Origin: an uncultured Lentisphaerales bacterium
GTDB lineage: Bacteria > Verrucomicrobiota > Kiritimatiellia > RFP12 > UBA3636
NCBI GenBank assembly: GCA_964405775.1
Contig: CAYOPG010000004.1
Location: 1-54,125, forward strand
Direction of reading: 5' to 3'
Length of the DNA stretch: 54,125 bases
Shown piece after piece: positions 19,135 through 29,006 of this stretch; position 1 is the first letter of the stretch; each line of letters opens with the position of its first letter. A program made the translations under genes and the position numbers. The notes below the pieces were generated by a model. The model searched no databases and was not told where the DNA came from. It was given only the letters and a program-made list of their open reading frames with translations.

Positions 19135-20252
19135 GACAGAACCTTGGTTATGCAACGGGCGATGCCGTCAATAAATTGTTCTGGCCCGAACTTCTCCGCA
19201 TGGCGCCGAATTGCAGCGGAGTCGAATTCTGTTTGTGAGCAGCGTATCACCGCGTCCTCTAAACTGTCGGATGTCTGTTCGGAGAAGAACACTCCCGAGA
19301 CGCCGTCGGCGACGGTTTCGAGTGCGCCTCCGCGGGCGTACGCCACAACGGGACGGCCGCAGGACTGAGCCTCTAATGGCACTATGCCGTAGTCTTCTTC
19401 CCCGGGGAAGACTAGAAGGCGGCAATTGCGATACAGGGCTAGGATCTCATCGTCTGAGAGGCGCCCTGTTATTTCGACCGTAGGACCTGCCATGGCAAGA
19501 AGTTTGTCGTAGCATCCTCCTGAGCCCACGACCTTCAAATTCCATCCTTTTTTTGTGTAAAGTTCGACCGCGAGATCGATGCGTTTGTAGGGGACAAGCG
19601 CAGAGACTATCAGGTCGTAGTCTGCCGATGGGCCGCCTTCGGGATTTGGTGTGCAGCGCGCCGTGTCGACTGGCGGGTACACGACCTCCGAATCACGTCC
19701 ATAAAACCGTTTTATGCGGTCTGCCACATGGTTGCTTATTGCAACAAATAGATCCACCTCGCCGGCGGTTTTGCGATCCCATCTGCGAAGTCTGGCCAAA
19801 AGCGGTTTTGCGGCGGCTGCTTTCATTTTCGAGTCGCCGAAATACTCGTCAAAAAACGTCCAGGCGTATCGCATTGGAGTGAAACAAATGCAGAGGTGTT
19901 TTGCGTTTTTTCTTTTCCGGAAGCTTTTTGCGACGCAGTGGCTCGTGGTGATTAGGAGGTCTGCGTCTTGTGGTTTTAGCGATCGCGCCGCCGCCGGCAT
20001 GATCGGCAGAGCGTTTCTGTAGTATTTGGAAATCCCGGGCAGCTTGTTAAGGAAAGACGGTCGGATTTTATGCGCGTTTATTATGTCCGACACTGCATCG
20101 CGGTTGTAAATGAGCGTCGAAACAGGCGCGTCTGGGAAAGCTAGGCACAGATATTCGAAAACGCGTTCTCCGCCGCGCATTCCGGTTAACCAGTCGTGGC
20201 CAAGTGCGACGCTATGTCCTGCCGCCGCCGCGTATAATTTATTGGTTGTCAT
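19131..20252 (-). CDS. Glycosyltransferase family 4
   Basis: HDWLTGMRGGERV, SALVPYKRIDL, EDYGIVPLEAQSCGRPVVAY. Confidence 0.92.
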   Translation of the reverse strand: MTTNKLYAAAAGHSVALGHDWLTGMRGGERVFEYLCLAFPDAPVSTLIYNRDAVSDIINAHKIRPSFLNKLPGISKYYRNALPIMPAAARSLKPQDADLLITTSHCVAKSFRKRKNAKHLCICFTPMRYAWTFFDEYFGDSKMKAAAAKPLLARLRRWDRKTAGEVDLFVAISNHVADRIKRFYGRDSEVVYPPVDTARCTPNPEGGPSADYDLIVSALVPYKRIDLAVELYTKKGWNLKVVGSGGCYDKLLAMAGPTVEITGRLSDDEILALYRNCRLLVFPGEEDYGIVPLEAQSCGRPVVAYARGGALETVADGVSGVFFSEQTSDSLEDAVIRCSQTEFDSAAIRRHAEKFGPEQFIDGIARCITKVLS

Positions 20253-20976
20253 CTGCAGCGGTGTCCTTCGCCTGCTTGCGCTGGCGCCGTGCGTCGGGCG
20301 GGACGCCTTTTATGGCGCGGATTCCTCCGATGACGAAGGCGCATATTTCGCGTGTAAAATGTTCCGCCTCCTCTTCCGTGGGTTTGTCGTTTCGGAAGAG
20401 GTTCTGCCTCGCGTTACGGTTGACTGTCAAAGCACTGAACTGGCTGTGTATCGCGAGGATGCAGCACCCGACCTGAAAGTCAGTTACATACGGGCCCATC
20501 ATTCGACGCAATCTTTTTTCGAGCTCCTGGATTCTGGGTGCCAGATGCTCCGAGAGGACTTCTGCGGAGATGGGGGATGGGTCGGTGATTTCGTTGGATA
20601 TAAGGCGGCGCAGCAGGCTTTTGGGGCCGGACTCGAAGACGGACAGCACGCATATTCTCAGGTAGTTGTAAAGCCATTCGCGGTCTTCATCCACGGTGAG
20701 ATCCAGCGAATCCGTTTCGCCTATTGCGTGTTCCACGCCGTAATCCCACACCACTTTGTAGAGTCCCTTTTTCCCTCCGAAATGGTAGTTTACGGCGGCG
20801 ATGTTGGCGTTGGCCTTTTTGCAGATATCCTGAGTGCGTGTGTTTCTGAATCCGAATTCAGCGAACTGCGTGGCGGCCACTTCGAGAAGGCGGTCTTTAG
20901 TCGATTTATCGTTACCGTGCTTTTTCCCCGGAGATTTGCCACGGCTCCCATCAGTTTTAGATAAAGTTTTTGTCAT
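20239..20976 (-). CDS. TetR-family regulator (YbiH/CecR-like, DUF1956 C-domain)
   Basis: FAEFGFRNTRTQDIC..ANANIAAVNYHFGGKKGLY. Confidence 0.88.
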   Translation of the reverse strand: MTKTLSKTDGSRGKSPGKKHGNDKSTKDRLLEVAATQFAEFGFRNTRTQDICKKANANIAAVNYHFGGKKGLYKVVWDYGVEHAIGETDSLDLTVDEDREWLYNYLRICVLSVFESGPKSLLRRLISNEITDPSPISAEVLSEHLAPRIQELEKRLRRMMGPYVTDFQVGCCILAIHSQFSALTVNRNARQNLFRNDKPTEEEAEHFTREICAFVIGGIRAIKGVPPDARRQRKQAKDTAADDNQ

Positions 20977-20998
20977 TCAAGGCCTTTTCGGTTGCCAG

Positions 20999-21502
20999 CT
21001 ACATATTGGTTATCAGGTCTACCAGTCCTTTTTCTCCGACAAATGTGTTGCCTCTTATGAAGCTCACCACAGTGAAGTAAAGCAGAGGCAGTAGGGGTGA
21101 GAGACGCAGCAGAGTGAGCCAAACTCCGACACCTTTGCTTTCCCTATGCACCTGCCTTGCGCCGGCCAGCATTGTCCAGCTCATAAGCACGACCATGGTA
21201 GCAATGAAAATTCCTATCATGGCGAGGGTCTTTAATGACTGGTCAGCTTGAGCCACGATGTTTTCCACAGGTGTGCTTATCATCCAGCTAGACCAAGCTA
21301 TGTTTGCCACAATGAGCAGAATGCATGAGCTTGAAAACCACCCCTGCTTGGTGAACGAGCGGTCTGTTTCGAAAACCAGAAATTCGATCAGGTAGCATGA
21401 AACGCACAGAACAGCGATCGGCGAAATGAATACCAATTCGCGCAGTACCTCTCCTGCCGCGACTATCACCGGAAGCCACATCTGTTCTGTTGTTGAAATC
21501 AT
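20999..21502 (-). CDS. Hypothetical integral membrane protein (~4 TM)
   Basis: Fills intergenic space, several hydrophobic segments, no recognised family. Confidence 0.5.
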   Translation of the reverse strand: MISTTEQMWLPVIVAAGEVLRELVFISPIAVLCVSCYLIEFLVFETDRSFTKQGWFSSSCILLIVANIAWSSWMISTPVENIVAQADQSLKTLAMIGIFIATMVVLMSWTMLAGARQVHRESKGVGVWLTLLRLSPLLPLLYFTVVSFIRGNTFVGEKGLVDLITNM

Positions 21503-21597
21503 GTCAAGTCTGTACGGGGGTTGAAAGCCTCAAACTAACGCCTACCATCAGGCAAGCGCAAAGATTTTTATCGGCGTCAAGTCTACACCAGAACACT

Positions 21598-22383
21598 CTA
21601 CCAAGGCAACTTTAAATCGATGAATTCGAAAGGCAATTTAAAATTCCGTTGTAAAAACTCACCTACAGCCTTGACCCCGAACCGCTCAGTGGCGTAGTGT
21701 CCAGCCGAAATTACATTTACGCTTTCGTGTTTGGCGGTATTATAGCCTTCGAGGTTCATTTCCCCTGTTATGAAGCAATCAAGCCTTTCCGCCGCCGCCT
21801 GAGAAACTTCGCCCGCGGCGCCTCCGCTGACGATGCCCACGGTTTGCACCATTTCAGAACCAAACTGCAACGCGTGATGGGTGCCGTCCGGTGTGATGGC
21901 ACGTACTCTGGCGTGAAGCTGGCTAAATGGAATAGCTTCCGGCAATCTTCCTTTGCGGCCTATTAGGTTGCCGTGGTAGTTGCAGAACCCTGCCACATCC
22001 ACCAGTCCAAGCGCGGCGGCGATCTGCGCATTATTGCCCAGCACCGGATGTGCGTCGATTGGGAGGTGGGCTGCGTACAACGCGATGTCGTTATTTATCA
22101 GGAAAGATACGATCTCGTAGTTACTGCCTGATATTTTAGCCAGAGAATCGCCCCAACTGATGCCGTGGTGCACGAGACAGAGGTCGGCACCTTTGTCCTT
22201 GGCGGCGCGAAAAAAGTCGAGCGAAGCGTCAACTCCGCAGCAAATTCTAGAGACGGCGCCGCTGTTGGAGACTTGCAGCCCGTTGTGGGAGCTGTCTGTG
22301 AAATCAGCTATGCGGAGCTCCGCGTCCAAGGCGTCGGCGACATCTCTGGTTCTGGCGATCATTGGTTTATCTTGCTTATCCAT
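21598..22383 (-). CDS. Nif3-like/YbgI dinuclear metal protein
   Basis: NGLQV, VHHG, AHLPIDAH...GNN, GHYATE. Confidence 0.92.
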   Translation of the reverse strand: MDKQDKPMIARTRDVADALDAELRIADFTDSSHNGLQVSNSGAVSRICCGVDASLDFFRAAKDKGADLCLVHHGISWGDSLAKISGSNYEIVSFLINNDIALYAAHLPIDAHPVLGNNAQIAAALGLVDVAGFCNYHGNLIGRKGRLPEAIPFSQLHARVRAITPDGTHHALQFGSEMVQTVGIVSGGAAGEVSQAAAERLDCFITGEMNLEGYNTAKHESVNVISAGHYATERFGVKAVGEFLQRNFKLPFEFIDLKLPW

Positions 22384-22835
22384 ATGCTCGTCGCCGCGGC
22401 GCTGAAGGCGATGCCGGTGAACATCCCCATAAGCACCTCGATGCGCGTGTGGCCGAGCAGCTCCTTGAGCCGCTCCTGCTTAAGGCGATGCTGGGTGAAG
22501 AGTTCGCGTATGATTTCGTTCAGCACCGCCGCCTGTTGGCCGGTTGCGCGGCGAACGGTCGAGGCGTCGAACATGGTTATTATGGCGTAAACTGCCGCAA
22601 TCGCGAAGATTGGCGATGCAAACCCCTCGGTGATCCCAAGCGAGGTTGCGAGGCCTGAAACCGTGGCTGAGTGGGCGCTGGGCATACCGCCTGTGCTGAC
22701 TAGATAATGGAGCCTTACACGGCGGGTTTTGAGGTAGGCCAGCAACATCTTTATGCATTGTGCCAGACACCACGAAAAAAAGGCGCAGAAGAACCATAGG
22801 TTCCGCGGGAATTCAGAAATGTTTTGTACTACCAT
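22359..22835 (-). CDS. Divergent PAP2 family protein (DUF212)
   Basis: GGMPSAHSA, DAS.VRR..G.QA..LN, LKELLGHT..EV. Confidence 0.9.
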   Translation of the reverse strand: MVVQNISEFPRNLWFFCAFFSWCLAQCIKMLLAYLKTRRVRLHYLVSTGGMPSAHSATVSGLATSLGITEGFASPIFAIAAVYAIITMFDASTVRRATGQQAAVLNEIIRELFTQHRLKQERLKELLGHTRIEVLMGMFTGIAFSAAATSIWISKINQ

Positions 22836-22901
22836 CAAAAGTTCTTAGTATTTAAAGTGTGAAAAATGTGGGCTTAGACGCCAGTCATACGTCATTGTCG
22901 A

Positions 22902-24317
22902 TCAATACGCATTTCGAACGGCAGAGATGGTCCGCAGCAGGATTTTAAGATCCAGCGCGATAGACCAGTTCTCGAGGTACCATAGGTCGTGCCGTAGGCG
23001 CTCCTCTATGGAGGTGTTGCCGCGCAGTCCATGAACCTGCGCCCATCCGGTGATACCGGGCAGACACACATGGCGTCGCATATAGTGGTTGATCTCAGAG
23101 GAGAACTGTTCCACGAAGTTTGGCCTCTCAGGCCGCGGCCCGACAAGGCTCATGTCTCCCTTCAGGACGTTCCAGAATTGCGGCAGTTCGTCCACATTGT
23201 GGGATCGCATCCACGCTCCGATCTTCGTCCGCCGTGGATCGTTTTCATCGGCGAACACCGCTCCGGTTTCCGCCTCGGCGTCCGGCTTCATGGAGCGTAG
23301 TTTGTACATGCGGAAAGTTTTGCCACCGTAGCCGCAGCGTTCCTGCTTATAGAAAACGGGGCCGGGTGATTCGCGCTTTATGAGGATCGCCATGACGAAG
23401 ATCAGCGGGGCGGAGAACAGGAGACCTACCGCACCACCGACGATGTCTTCGATTCGCTTTGCCACTCTGTTGCCAAATTTGTCGAGCGGGCTGCGCCTTA
23501 GTCCCAGCAGCGGGATGTCGTCAACAGTCTCTACCTCAACGGAGCATGTCATAGTTAGAAACATGTCGGGCACGATGTTGAAACGTATCAGTCTGCGTTC
23601 GCACTCGAGCGCGATTTCGGAAAGTCGTTTTCTGGGGATTTCCGGGTCGGCTACAATGACCTGTGTGATATTAGGCGTTTTTTCGAGAATACTCTCGAGA
23701 TCGCTCTGTTCGCCCAGTACGTTTCCCGGCGGTATCGACGGATGCAAAGAATCGTTTGAACCGGTCTTGAGGACTCCGCTCACCTTTACTCGCAGCCGCA
23801 CATCGCGTTCAAAACACCGCACCAAATGCGCGGCCGTGGCATCGGTGCCAATTATTACAATCAGATTTTCCGCTGTCGCCTTTCGCGCTGCTGATATTTC
23901 AGCTTTGAAAAGCAAAGCGCGTTCCAGCACCACAAGAACTGCGAAGCATGGAAAAAAAAGCAGTATCACGCCGGTAGAGACTGCGTAGTAGTTCTTTACG
24001 AGACCCGAAATGACCAGCATCCCTACCGTAGCAGTTAATGCGCCCCGCACGAGCCGAGGCAGTTTCGCCGGGAACGTTCCACGCTGTGGACGCCGGTAGA
24101 GCCGAAGTGAGCGCATGGAAGCATACACTAGAACCACCATGAGCAACACCATGGGCATGTAATGCCCGTAAAGCTCATCGGGACGGCCGAACCTGACGTC
24201 AAACCATCCGCTGTCGAACCTGATCCAGATTGCCAAGTACACCGCAACCAGAGCCGCCGCCGCATCTGCGACTACGGCTATGACCGCGTTGTATGAATCT
24301 GCTGGGTTTTTAGGCAT
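22902..24317 (-). CDS. wcaJ: Undecaprenyl-phosphate hexose-1-phosphate transferase (WcaJ-type)
   Basis: N-terminal TMs, KR..DIV, YKLRSM, DELPQFWNVLKGDMSLVGPRPERP, PGITGWAQV, DLWYLENWS. Confidence 0.9.
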   Translation of the reverse strand: MPKNPADSYNAVIAVVADAAAALVAVYLAIWIRFDSGWFDVRFGRPDELYGHYMPMVLLMVVLVYASMRSLRLYRRPQRGTFPAKLPRLVRGALTATVGMLVISGLVKNYYAVSTGVILLFFPCFAVLVVLERALLFKAEISAARKATAENLIVIIGTDATAAHLVRCFERDVRLRVKVSGVLKTGSNDSLHPSIPPGNVLGEQSDLESILEKTPNITQVIVADPEIPRKRLSEIALECERRLIRFNIVPDMFLTMTCSVEVETVDDIPLLGLRRSPLDKFGNRVAKRIEDIVGGAVGLLFSAPLIFVMAILIKRESPGPVFYKQERCGYGGKTFRMYKLRSMKPDAEAETGAVFADENDPRRTKIGAWMRSHNVDELPQFWNVLKGDMSLVGPRPERPNFVEQFSSEINHYMRRHVCLPGITGWAQVHGLRGNTSIEERLRHDLWYLENWSIALDLKILLRTISAVRNAY

Positions 24318-24409
24318 GCCTCCTCAAGGACGTTTACGGACTCCAACGTGGAGTCGGCGCGGAGTTGAGCAAACAAGTCTTACGGCCGCCGCGCATACGG
24401 CGCAAAAAA

Positions 24410-25330
24410 TCAGTTTGCAGGTGCTTCTTCCGCAACCTGTTTCTCTTCTGCAGGAGTTTCCTCCGCCGCGGGGGTATCTTGTTCCGGAGTCGCTTCAGCA
24501 ACAGGAACTTCTTCCGCTGCAGGTGCCGACTCTTGAACGGACTCCTCTTCGACTGTTGCTTCAACTACGGGAGCTCCCTCGAATGGGATCTCAACCGTCG
24601 CAGAATCTTCAGGCGGCTCGAAAAGAATTGATGACGGGGACTGCTCTGGCGAGAAGAAGGTCGATAGATCCGTCGAGGCGGGTGCGGCGGGAATAGTTAG
24701 GCGGTCTTTGGCGCGTACCAGTTCGTCGGCATAAGCCGCCCAGCGAGTTCCGGCGGTCTCGGTGATAAGCAGATCCAGAACGGCCTTGCCATCGTCCTTC
24801 TTGCCCGCGAGAATCAGCGAGCGGCCTAGCCCGAGGCGCGCCGTGGTTGTGAGGTAGCTGTCAGGATTGGCTTCAACAAAAGCGCGGAATTTCTCCGCCG
24901 CTTCGTCGACCTTCCCGTTCGCTTCGAGGCTGTGGGCGAGTCCCAACTCTGCCACCGCCAACATCTGATGCTTGGGGTGTTTCTTCAGAAATTCTTCGTA
25001 TGTTGACAGGGCGAGCGCATATTGTTCCTGTTCGAAGTACAATGCTGCAAGGCGCAGGCGGGCCAGCGGTGTTACGACTGATGACCTGTTTCCCGCGATG
25101 ATCTCCTCCAGAGCTTGTGGCGACCCAGCCTGTTGGAGCGACATGAGCGCCTCCGAAGAAGCGCTCTGCTTCATGCGTCCGTACTGCTGCACTCCGATCA
25201 CCGCCACCAAAACTACGATTGCCGCAATCGTGACAACATTGCCGTGGGTGTTCCACCACTTTTTAAGAGCTTCGAGTTCTTCAACTGTCTCAGGAGCTGC
25301 GTGCTCGAGGTTTTTCTCTGGTCTGGCCAT
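24410..25330 (-). CDS. Membrane-anchored TPR protein (YfgM-like) with acidic low-complexity tail
   Basis: LKKWW..HG + TM helix, TPR-like repeats, Glu/Ala/Pro-rich C-terminus. Confidence 0.75.
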   Translation of the reverse strand: MARPEKNLEHAAPETVEELEALKKWWNTHGNVVTIAAIVVLVAVIGVQQYGRMKQSASSEALMSLQQAGSPQALEEIIAGNRSSVVTPLARLRLAALYFEQEQYALALSTYEEFLKKHPKHQMLAVAELGLAHSLEANGKVDEAAEKFRAFVEANPDSYLTTTARLGLGRSLILAGKKDDGKAVLDLLITETAGTRWAAYADELVRAKDRLTIPAAPASTDLSTFFSPEQSPSSILFEPPEDSATVEIPFEGAPVVEATVEEESVQESAPAAEEVPVAEATPEQDTPAAEETPAEEKQVAEEAPAN

Positions 25331-25388
25331 GGATTTCAATGTCCTGCGAATCCGTTTGATGCGGATCGAAAATGTTTCTGTCTGGGAA

Positions 25389-25464
25389 TGGTGGGCCCTG
25401 AGGGATTCGAACCCCCAACCAAGGGATTATGAGTCCCCTGCTCTGACCGTTGAGCTAAGGGCCC
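25389..25464 (-). tRNA. tRNA-Ile2 (CAT anticodon, lysidine type)
   Basis: GGGCCCTTAGCTCAACGGTCAGAGCAGGGGACTCATAATCCCTTGGTTGGGGGTTCGAATCCCTCAGGGCCCACCA; cloverleaf, encoded CCA; resembles Ile2 more than Met. Confidence 0.9.
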
Positions 25465-25527
25465 AGAACAAATTTGCGAATAACGACAGAGAAGATACTA
25501 CATCCCCGACCCGAAATCAAGGCGAAT

Positions 25528-26580
25528 TTATGGCTCGTTTACATCTATGCCGAGGAGTTCCAAAATCCTGGAGAGTTCCTCGTTGTCGGCGAAATCCACT
25601 TCCAGACGGCCTTTGCCGCGTCGTCCGTTGGAAAATTTAACAGACGGGCTCAAGCGCACGCTCGTGGCGAATCTGTGGTGAAGCTTGTTGAGAAGAAGCT
25701 GAAGATATTCTTCGGGTATGTCAGACTCTGCCAGACTTGTGCGTGGTGGCGCCTTGCGGCGGGCGATACGCTGTTCCAACATGCGGACGGTTAGTCCGTC
25801 CCTTACGCTGTCCCGCGCTAGTCTGACACGCTCTTCCTCGCCATCCACTCCTAGAATGACCTTCGCATGACCCGCCGAGAGCAGTCCTGAGCCGAGCAGT
25901 TGCTTTACTTCGTCTGGCAGTTCCAGAAGCCTCATCGTGTTTGCTACGGTGGCACGCGCCTTGCCGACTCGTTCCGCTATGTCTGCTTGCGTCATGTTGA
26001 AACCGTCCGCGAGTGACTTATAGCCCTCGGCTTCCTCGACGATGTTCAAGTCTTCGCGCTGGAGATTCTCAACGAGGGCGATTTCAGCCGCGTCGCGGTC
26101 GACGGCGTCGAGTACGATTACCGGCACCTCTTTTAGTCCTGCCTTGGAAGCAGCGCGCATACGGCGTTCCCCGCCGATCAGTTCATAGCCGCCGGATGGC
26201 GACACTCTGCAGATAAGAGGCTGTATAATGCCGTGCGCGCGGATTGAATCTGTCAATTCCAGAAGGGCTTCTTCGTCGAATACTCGGCGCGGTTGCCAAG
26301 GGCTTGCGTGTATCATCTCCAGGCCTACCATGACCACGCGCTTGCCGTCTGCTGCGGGTGCTGGGGAGGCGGCCAAAGCAGGCACCTCTTGCGTGCCCGG
26401 CATGGACTGCGTTGTCTCACGTCCGATTAGCGCGTCAAGACCACGCCCGAGTCCGCCGCGGTGCGACGGCTTGGCTGCGGTGCTTGACATTACTACTTGC
26501 GGCCTTGATTTTTTTGCGGCGGCGGGTGTCTTGCGGGACGCGCCGGCCTTGATTGCTTTTTTCTTGTTCTGCGTTGCCAT
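25528..26580 (-). CDS. parB: ParB/Spo0J chromosome partitioning protein
   Basis: GLGRGLDALI, WQPRRVF, GIIQPL, GGERRMRA, ENLQREDLN, HTH; ATG 26580 preferred. Confidence 0.93.
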   Translation of the reverse strand: MATQNKKKAIKAGASRKTPAAAKKSRPQVVMSSTAAKPSHRGGLGRGLDALIGRETTQSMPGTQEVPALAASPAPAADGKRVVMVGLEMIHASPWQPRRVFDEEALLELTDSIRAHGIIQPLICRVSPSGGYELIGGERRMRAASKAGLKEVPVIVLDAVDRDAAEIALVENLQREDLNIVEEAEGYKSLADGFNMTQADIAERVGKARATVANTMRLLELPDEVKQLLGSGLLSAGHAKVILGVDGEEERVRLARDSVRDGLTVRMLEQRIARRKAPPRTSLAESDIPEEYLQLLLNKLHHRFATSVRLSPSVKFSNGRRGKGRLEVDFADNEELSRILELLGIDVNEP

Positions 26581-26653
26581 CTTCCAGTGGACTCCCTTGT
26601 AGGCGCGGATTCTATCATGCTTAAGAAGGGTTCGCAAGGGCGTATTATTTACG

Positions 26654-26683
26654 TTGACACCTCCGGCAAGTTTCTGGTAGTTT
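26654..26683 (+). promoter_or_regulatory. Putative promoter for tRNA-Pro (and possibly potABC)
   Basis: TTGACA (26654-26659), 18 nt, TGG-TAGTTT (26678-26683). Confidence 0.5.
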
Positions 26684-26729
26684 TACCCCTCGTCGTCACG
26701 CGTGGAGCGTGGCGGTTGGTCTTTTTCGT

Positions 26730-26806
<77 letters not shown>

Positions 26807-26889
26807 TTTACCAGGGGAGGGGCGGCGTTGCGCTGAATGTTGCTCACTTTTGCACAGTAAATCAGCGACGGGCCGGGGAGATAATAAAG

Positions 26890-28098
26890 TTGTCAGACTT
26901 TCTGTTTTTCGAGAATGTAACAAAGCGGTTCGGCTCCCTGACGGCCGTTGACAACGTGACACTTGGTGTGTCGAAAGGGGAGTTTTTTTCACTTCTGGGA
27001 CCCAGCGGGTGTGGCAAGACAACCCTTTTGAGGATGCTTGCCGGCTTCGAACAGCCAGATAAAGGGCGAATCTATCTCGATGGGCACGACATAACAGACT
27101 TGTCCCCCAATATGCGGCGAGTCAACACGGTATTCCAGAACTACGCTCTTTTCCCTCATCTCACGGTCCGCGACAACATCGCCTTTGGGCTAAAGATAGC
27201 AAAGCGCTCGAAAGATGAAATCGACCGCGAGGTTGACTTGATGCTCGACCTCATCCAGATGCACGGACACGAGGATAAAAAGCCGGGACAGATCAGCGGC
27301 GGGCAGAAACAACGCGTCGCAATAGCGCGCGCACTTGTCAATCACCCTCAAGTGCTGCTGCTCGACGAACCTCTGGCGGCGCTGGATCTTAAGCTTCGTC
27401 AGCACATGCAAATCGAACTCGACTTGATTCATGACGAAGTGGGCGTGACTTTCCTATATGTCACGCACGATCAGGGCGAGGCAATGTCGTTGAGCGACAG
27501 GATTGCCGTCATGAACTCGGGTCGCATCGAGCAGGTTGACATCCCCGTTAAAATCTACGAGGCTCCCCGCACGTCCTTCGTTGCGGCGTTTATTGGGGAC
27601 ACCAATTTCTTTGACGGAAACCTCTCTTCCATAATTGGCGAAGACTACTGCAAGGTGGAATCAAACGATTTCCCTCCGATTCTCTGCTACAACGACAAAC
27701 ATATACGTCCGGGAAGTCCGGTCCATCTGAGCATACGTCCCGAGAAGATGCGTGTTTCGCACTCTCAGCCGGATAATTCGTCGGGGAAAATAAATATGTA
27801 CCGCACCAAGGTCGAGGACGCGGTCTATCAGGGTTTCCAGACTCGCTACTGGGTGCGCATCGGCGAATACCGCATCTCGATCACACAGGCGCACAGCCGT
27901 TTCCTTCTCGACTTCGAACCGATAAAGTGGGGGGACGAGGTCTGGCTCTCATGGCATGCCGACGATGGCTATATGATGGAACAGTACACGGAGACAGACG
28001 AGAACCTTCTGATGCTGCCGCCGGAAAGCATAGGAGACATGGACGAACCTGTCGCCGAAGAGAAAACCGAGGAGCCAGCAGAGGAAATCGCCCAATGA
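26890..28098 (+). CDS. potA: Polyamine ABC transporter ATP-binding subunit
   Basis: GPSGCGKT, VFQNYALFPH, SGGQKQR, LLLDEP, VTHDQGEA, TOBE-like C-domain; likely TTG start 26890 after GGAG (track start lies in tRNA). Confidence 0.88.
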   Translation: MSDFLFFENVTKRFGSLTAVDNVTLGVSKGEFFSLLGPSGCGKTTLLRMLAGFEQPDKGRIYLDGHDITDLSPNMRRVNTVFQNYALFPHLTVRDNIAFGLKIAKRSKDEIDREVDLMLDLIQMHGHEDKKPGQISGGQKQRVAIARALVNHPQVLLLDEPLAALDLKLRQHMQIELDLIHDEVGVTFLYVTHDQGEAMSLSDRIAVMNSGRIEQVDIPVKIYEAPRTSFVAAFIGDTNFFDGNLSSIIGEDYCKVESNDFPPILCYNDKHIRPGSPVHLSIRPEKMRVSHSQPDNSSGKINMYRTKVEDAVYQGFQTRYWVRIGEYRISITQAHSRFLLDFEPIKWGDEVWLSWHADDGYMMEQYTETDENLLMLPPESIGDMDEPVAEEKTEEPAEEIAQ

Positions 28099-29006
28099 AG
28101 AAATCGAAGGCGCGCGAGATTCTCCTCACTCTTCCGTCGTTTGGTTGGATGGTTGTCTTTTTTCTTCTGCCGTCGATTTTGCTCTTCACTCTCTCTTTCC
28201 GTCCTACCGCCCTTGGCGGCGAGATTGGGAGTGGCTGGACGCTCGAGACGTGGAAATCCATCTCCAACCCCAGTTATCCTGCAATAGTCTGGCGCACTGT
28301 GTGGCTGAGCGTTCTCTCAACCGCGATTTGCATCGTAGTCTCGGTGCCATGCGCTTTTGCGGTCGCCCGTGCCAGCGAACGGCGCCGCCCGTTCATGGTT
28401 GGACTTGTGATCCTCCCGTTCTGGACTAGTTTTCTCGTGCGCGTCTTCGCATGGAAAATCCTCCTGCACCCAAATGGTTTCATAAAACAGGTGCTGCTTA
28501 CGATCGGTCTGATTGAACCCACGCAGCAACTTTTATACAATCCCGTTGCGGTCATGCTTGTAATGGTTTACACGTACCTGCCGTTCTCGTTGTTGCCGCT
28601 TTTCGCAGCAGCGGAAAAATTCGACTTCAGCCTTCTCGAAGCAGCTCAGGATCTTGGCGCCGGCCCGCTGGAGGCGTTCATAAAAGTCTTTGTACCGGGG
28701 ATAAAGGATGGCATATTGTCCGCCACTCTCATGGTGCTTATCCCGGCGTTCGGGTCGTATGTGATACCCGACATGGTTGGCGGTGCCGACAGCGAGATGA
28801 TCGGCACGAAGATTGCCCAACGCGCAATAACAGACCGCAATCTTCCACATGCCAGCGCGCTTTCAGCTCTGCTTATGATTGGCGTTCTCCTCCCCCCCTT
28901 GATCGGGTGGCTTATTAGCCGACGTCGCAACGTTGGAGCCACAGAGCCGGAAGTGCTTCAGGAAATTGCGGCGACGTCCAAGACCCCGAAGGGAGGCGTT
29001 AAGTGA
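28095..29006 (+). CDS. potB: Polyamine ABC transporter permease
   Basis: LPFWTSFLVR, YTYLPF, EAAQDLGA; ATGA overlap with potA. Confidence 0.88.
   Translation: MKKSKAREILLTLPSFGWMVVFFLLPSILLFTLSFRPTALGGEIGSGWTLETWKSISNPSYPAIVWRTVWLSVLSTAICIVVSVPCAFAVARASERRRPFMVGLVILPFWTSFLVRVFAWKILLHPNGFIKQVLLTIGLIEPTQQLLYNPVAVMLVMVYTYLPFSLLPLFAAAEKFDFSLLEAAQDLGAGPLEAFIKVFVPGIKDGILSATLMVLIPAFGSYVIPDMVGGADSEMIGTKIAQRAITDRNLPHASALSALLMIGVLLPPLIGWLISRRRNVGATEPEVLQEIAATSKTPKGGVK

Noticed and set aside
27927-28094. N-terminal extension of PotB
   Set aside because: Overlaps potA; ATGA coupling at 28095 is the natural start
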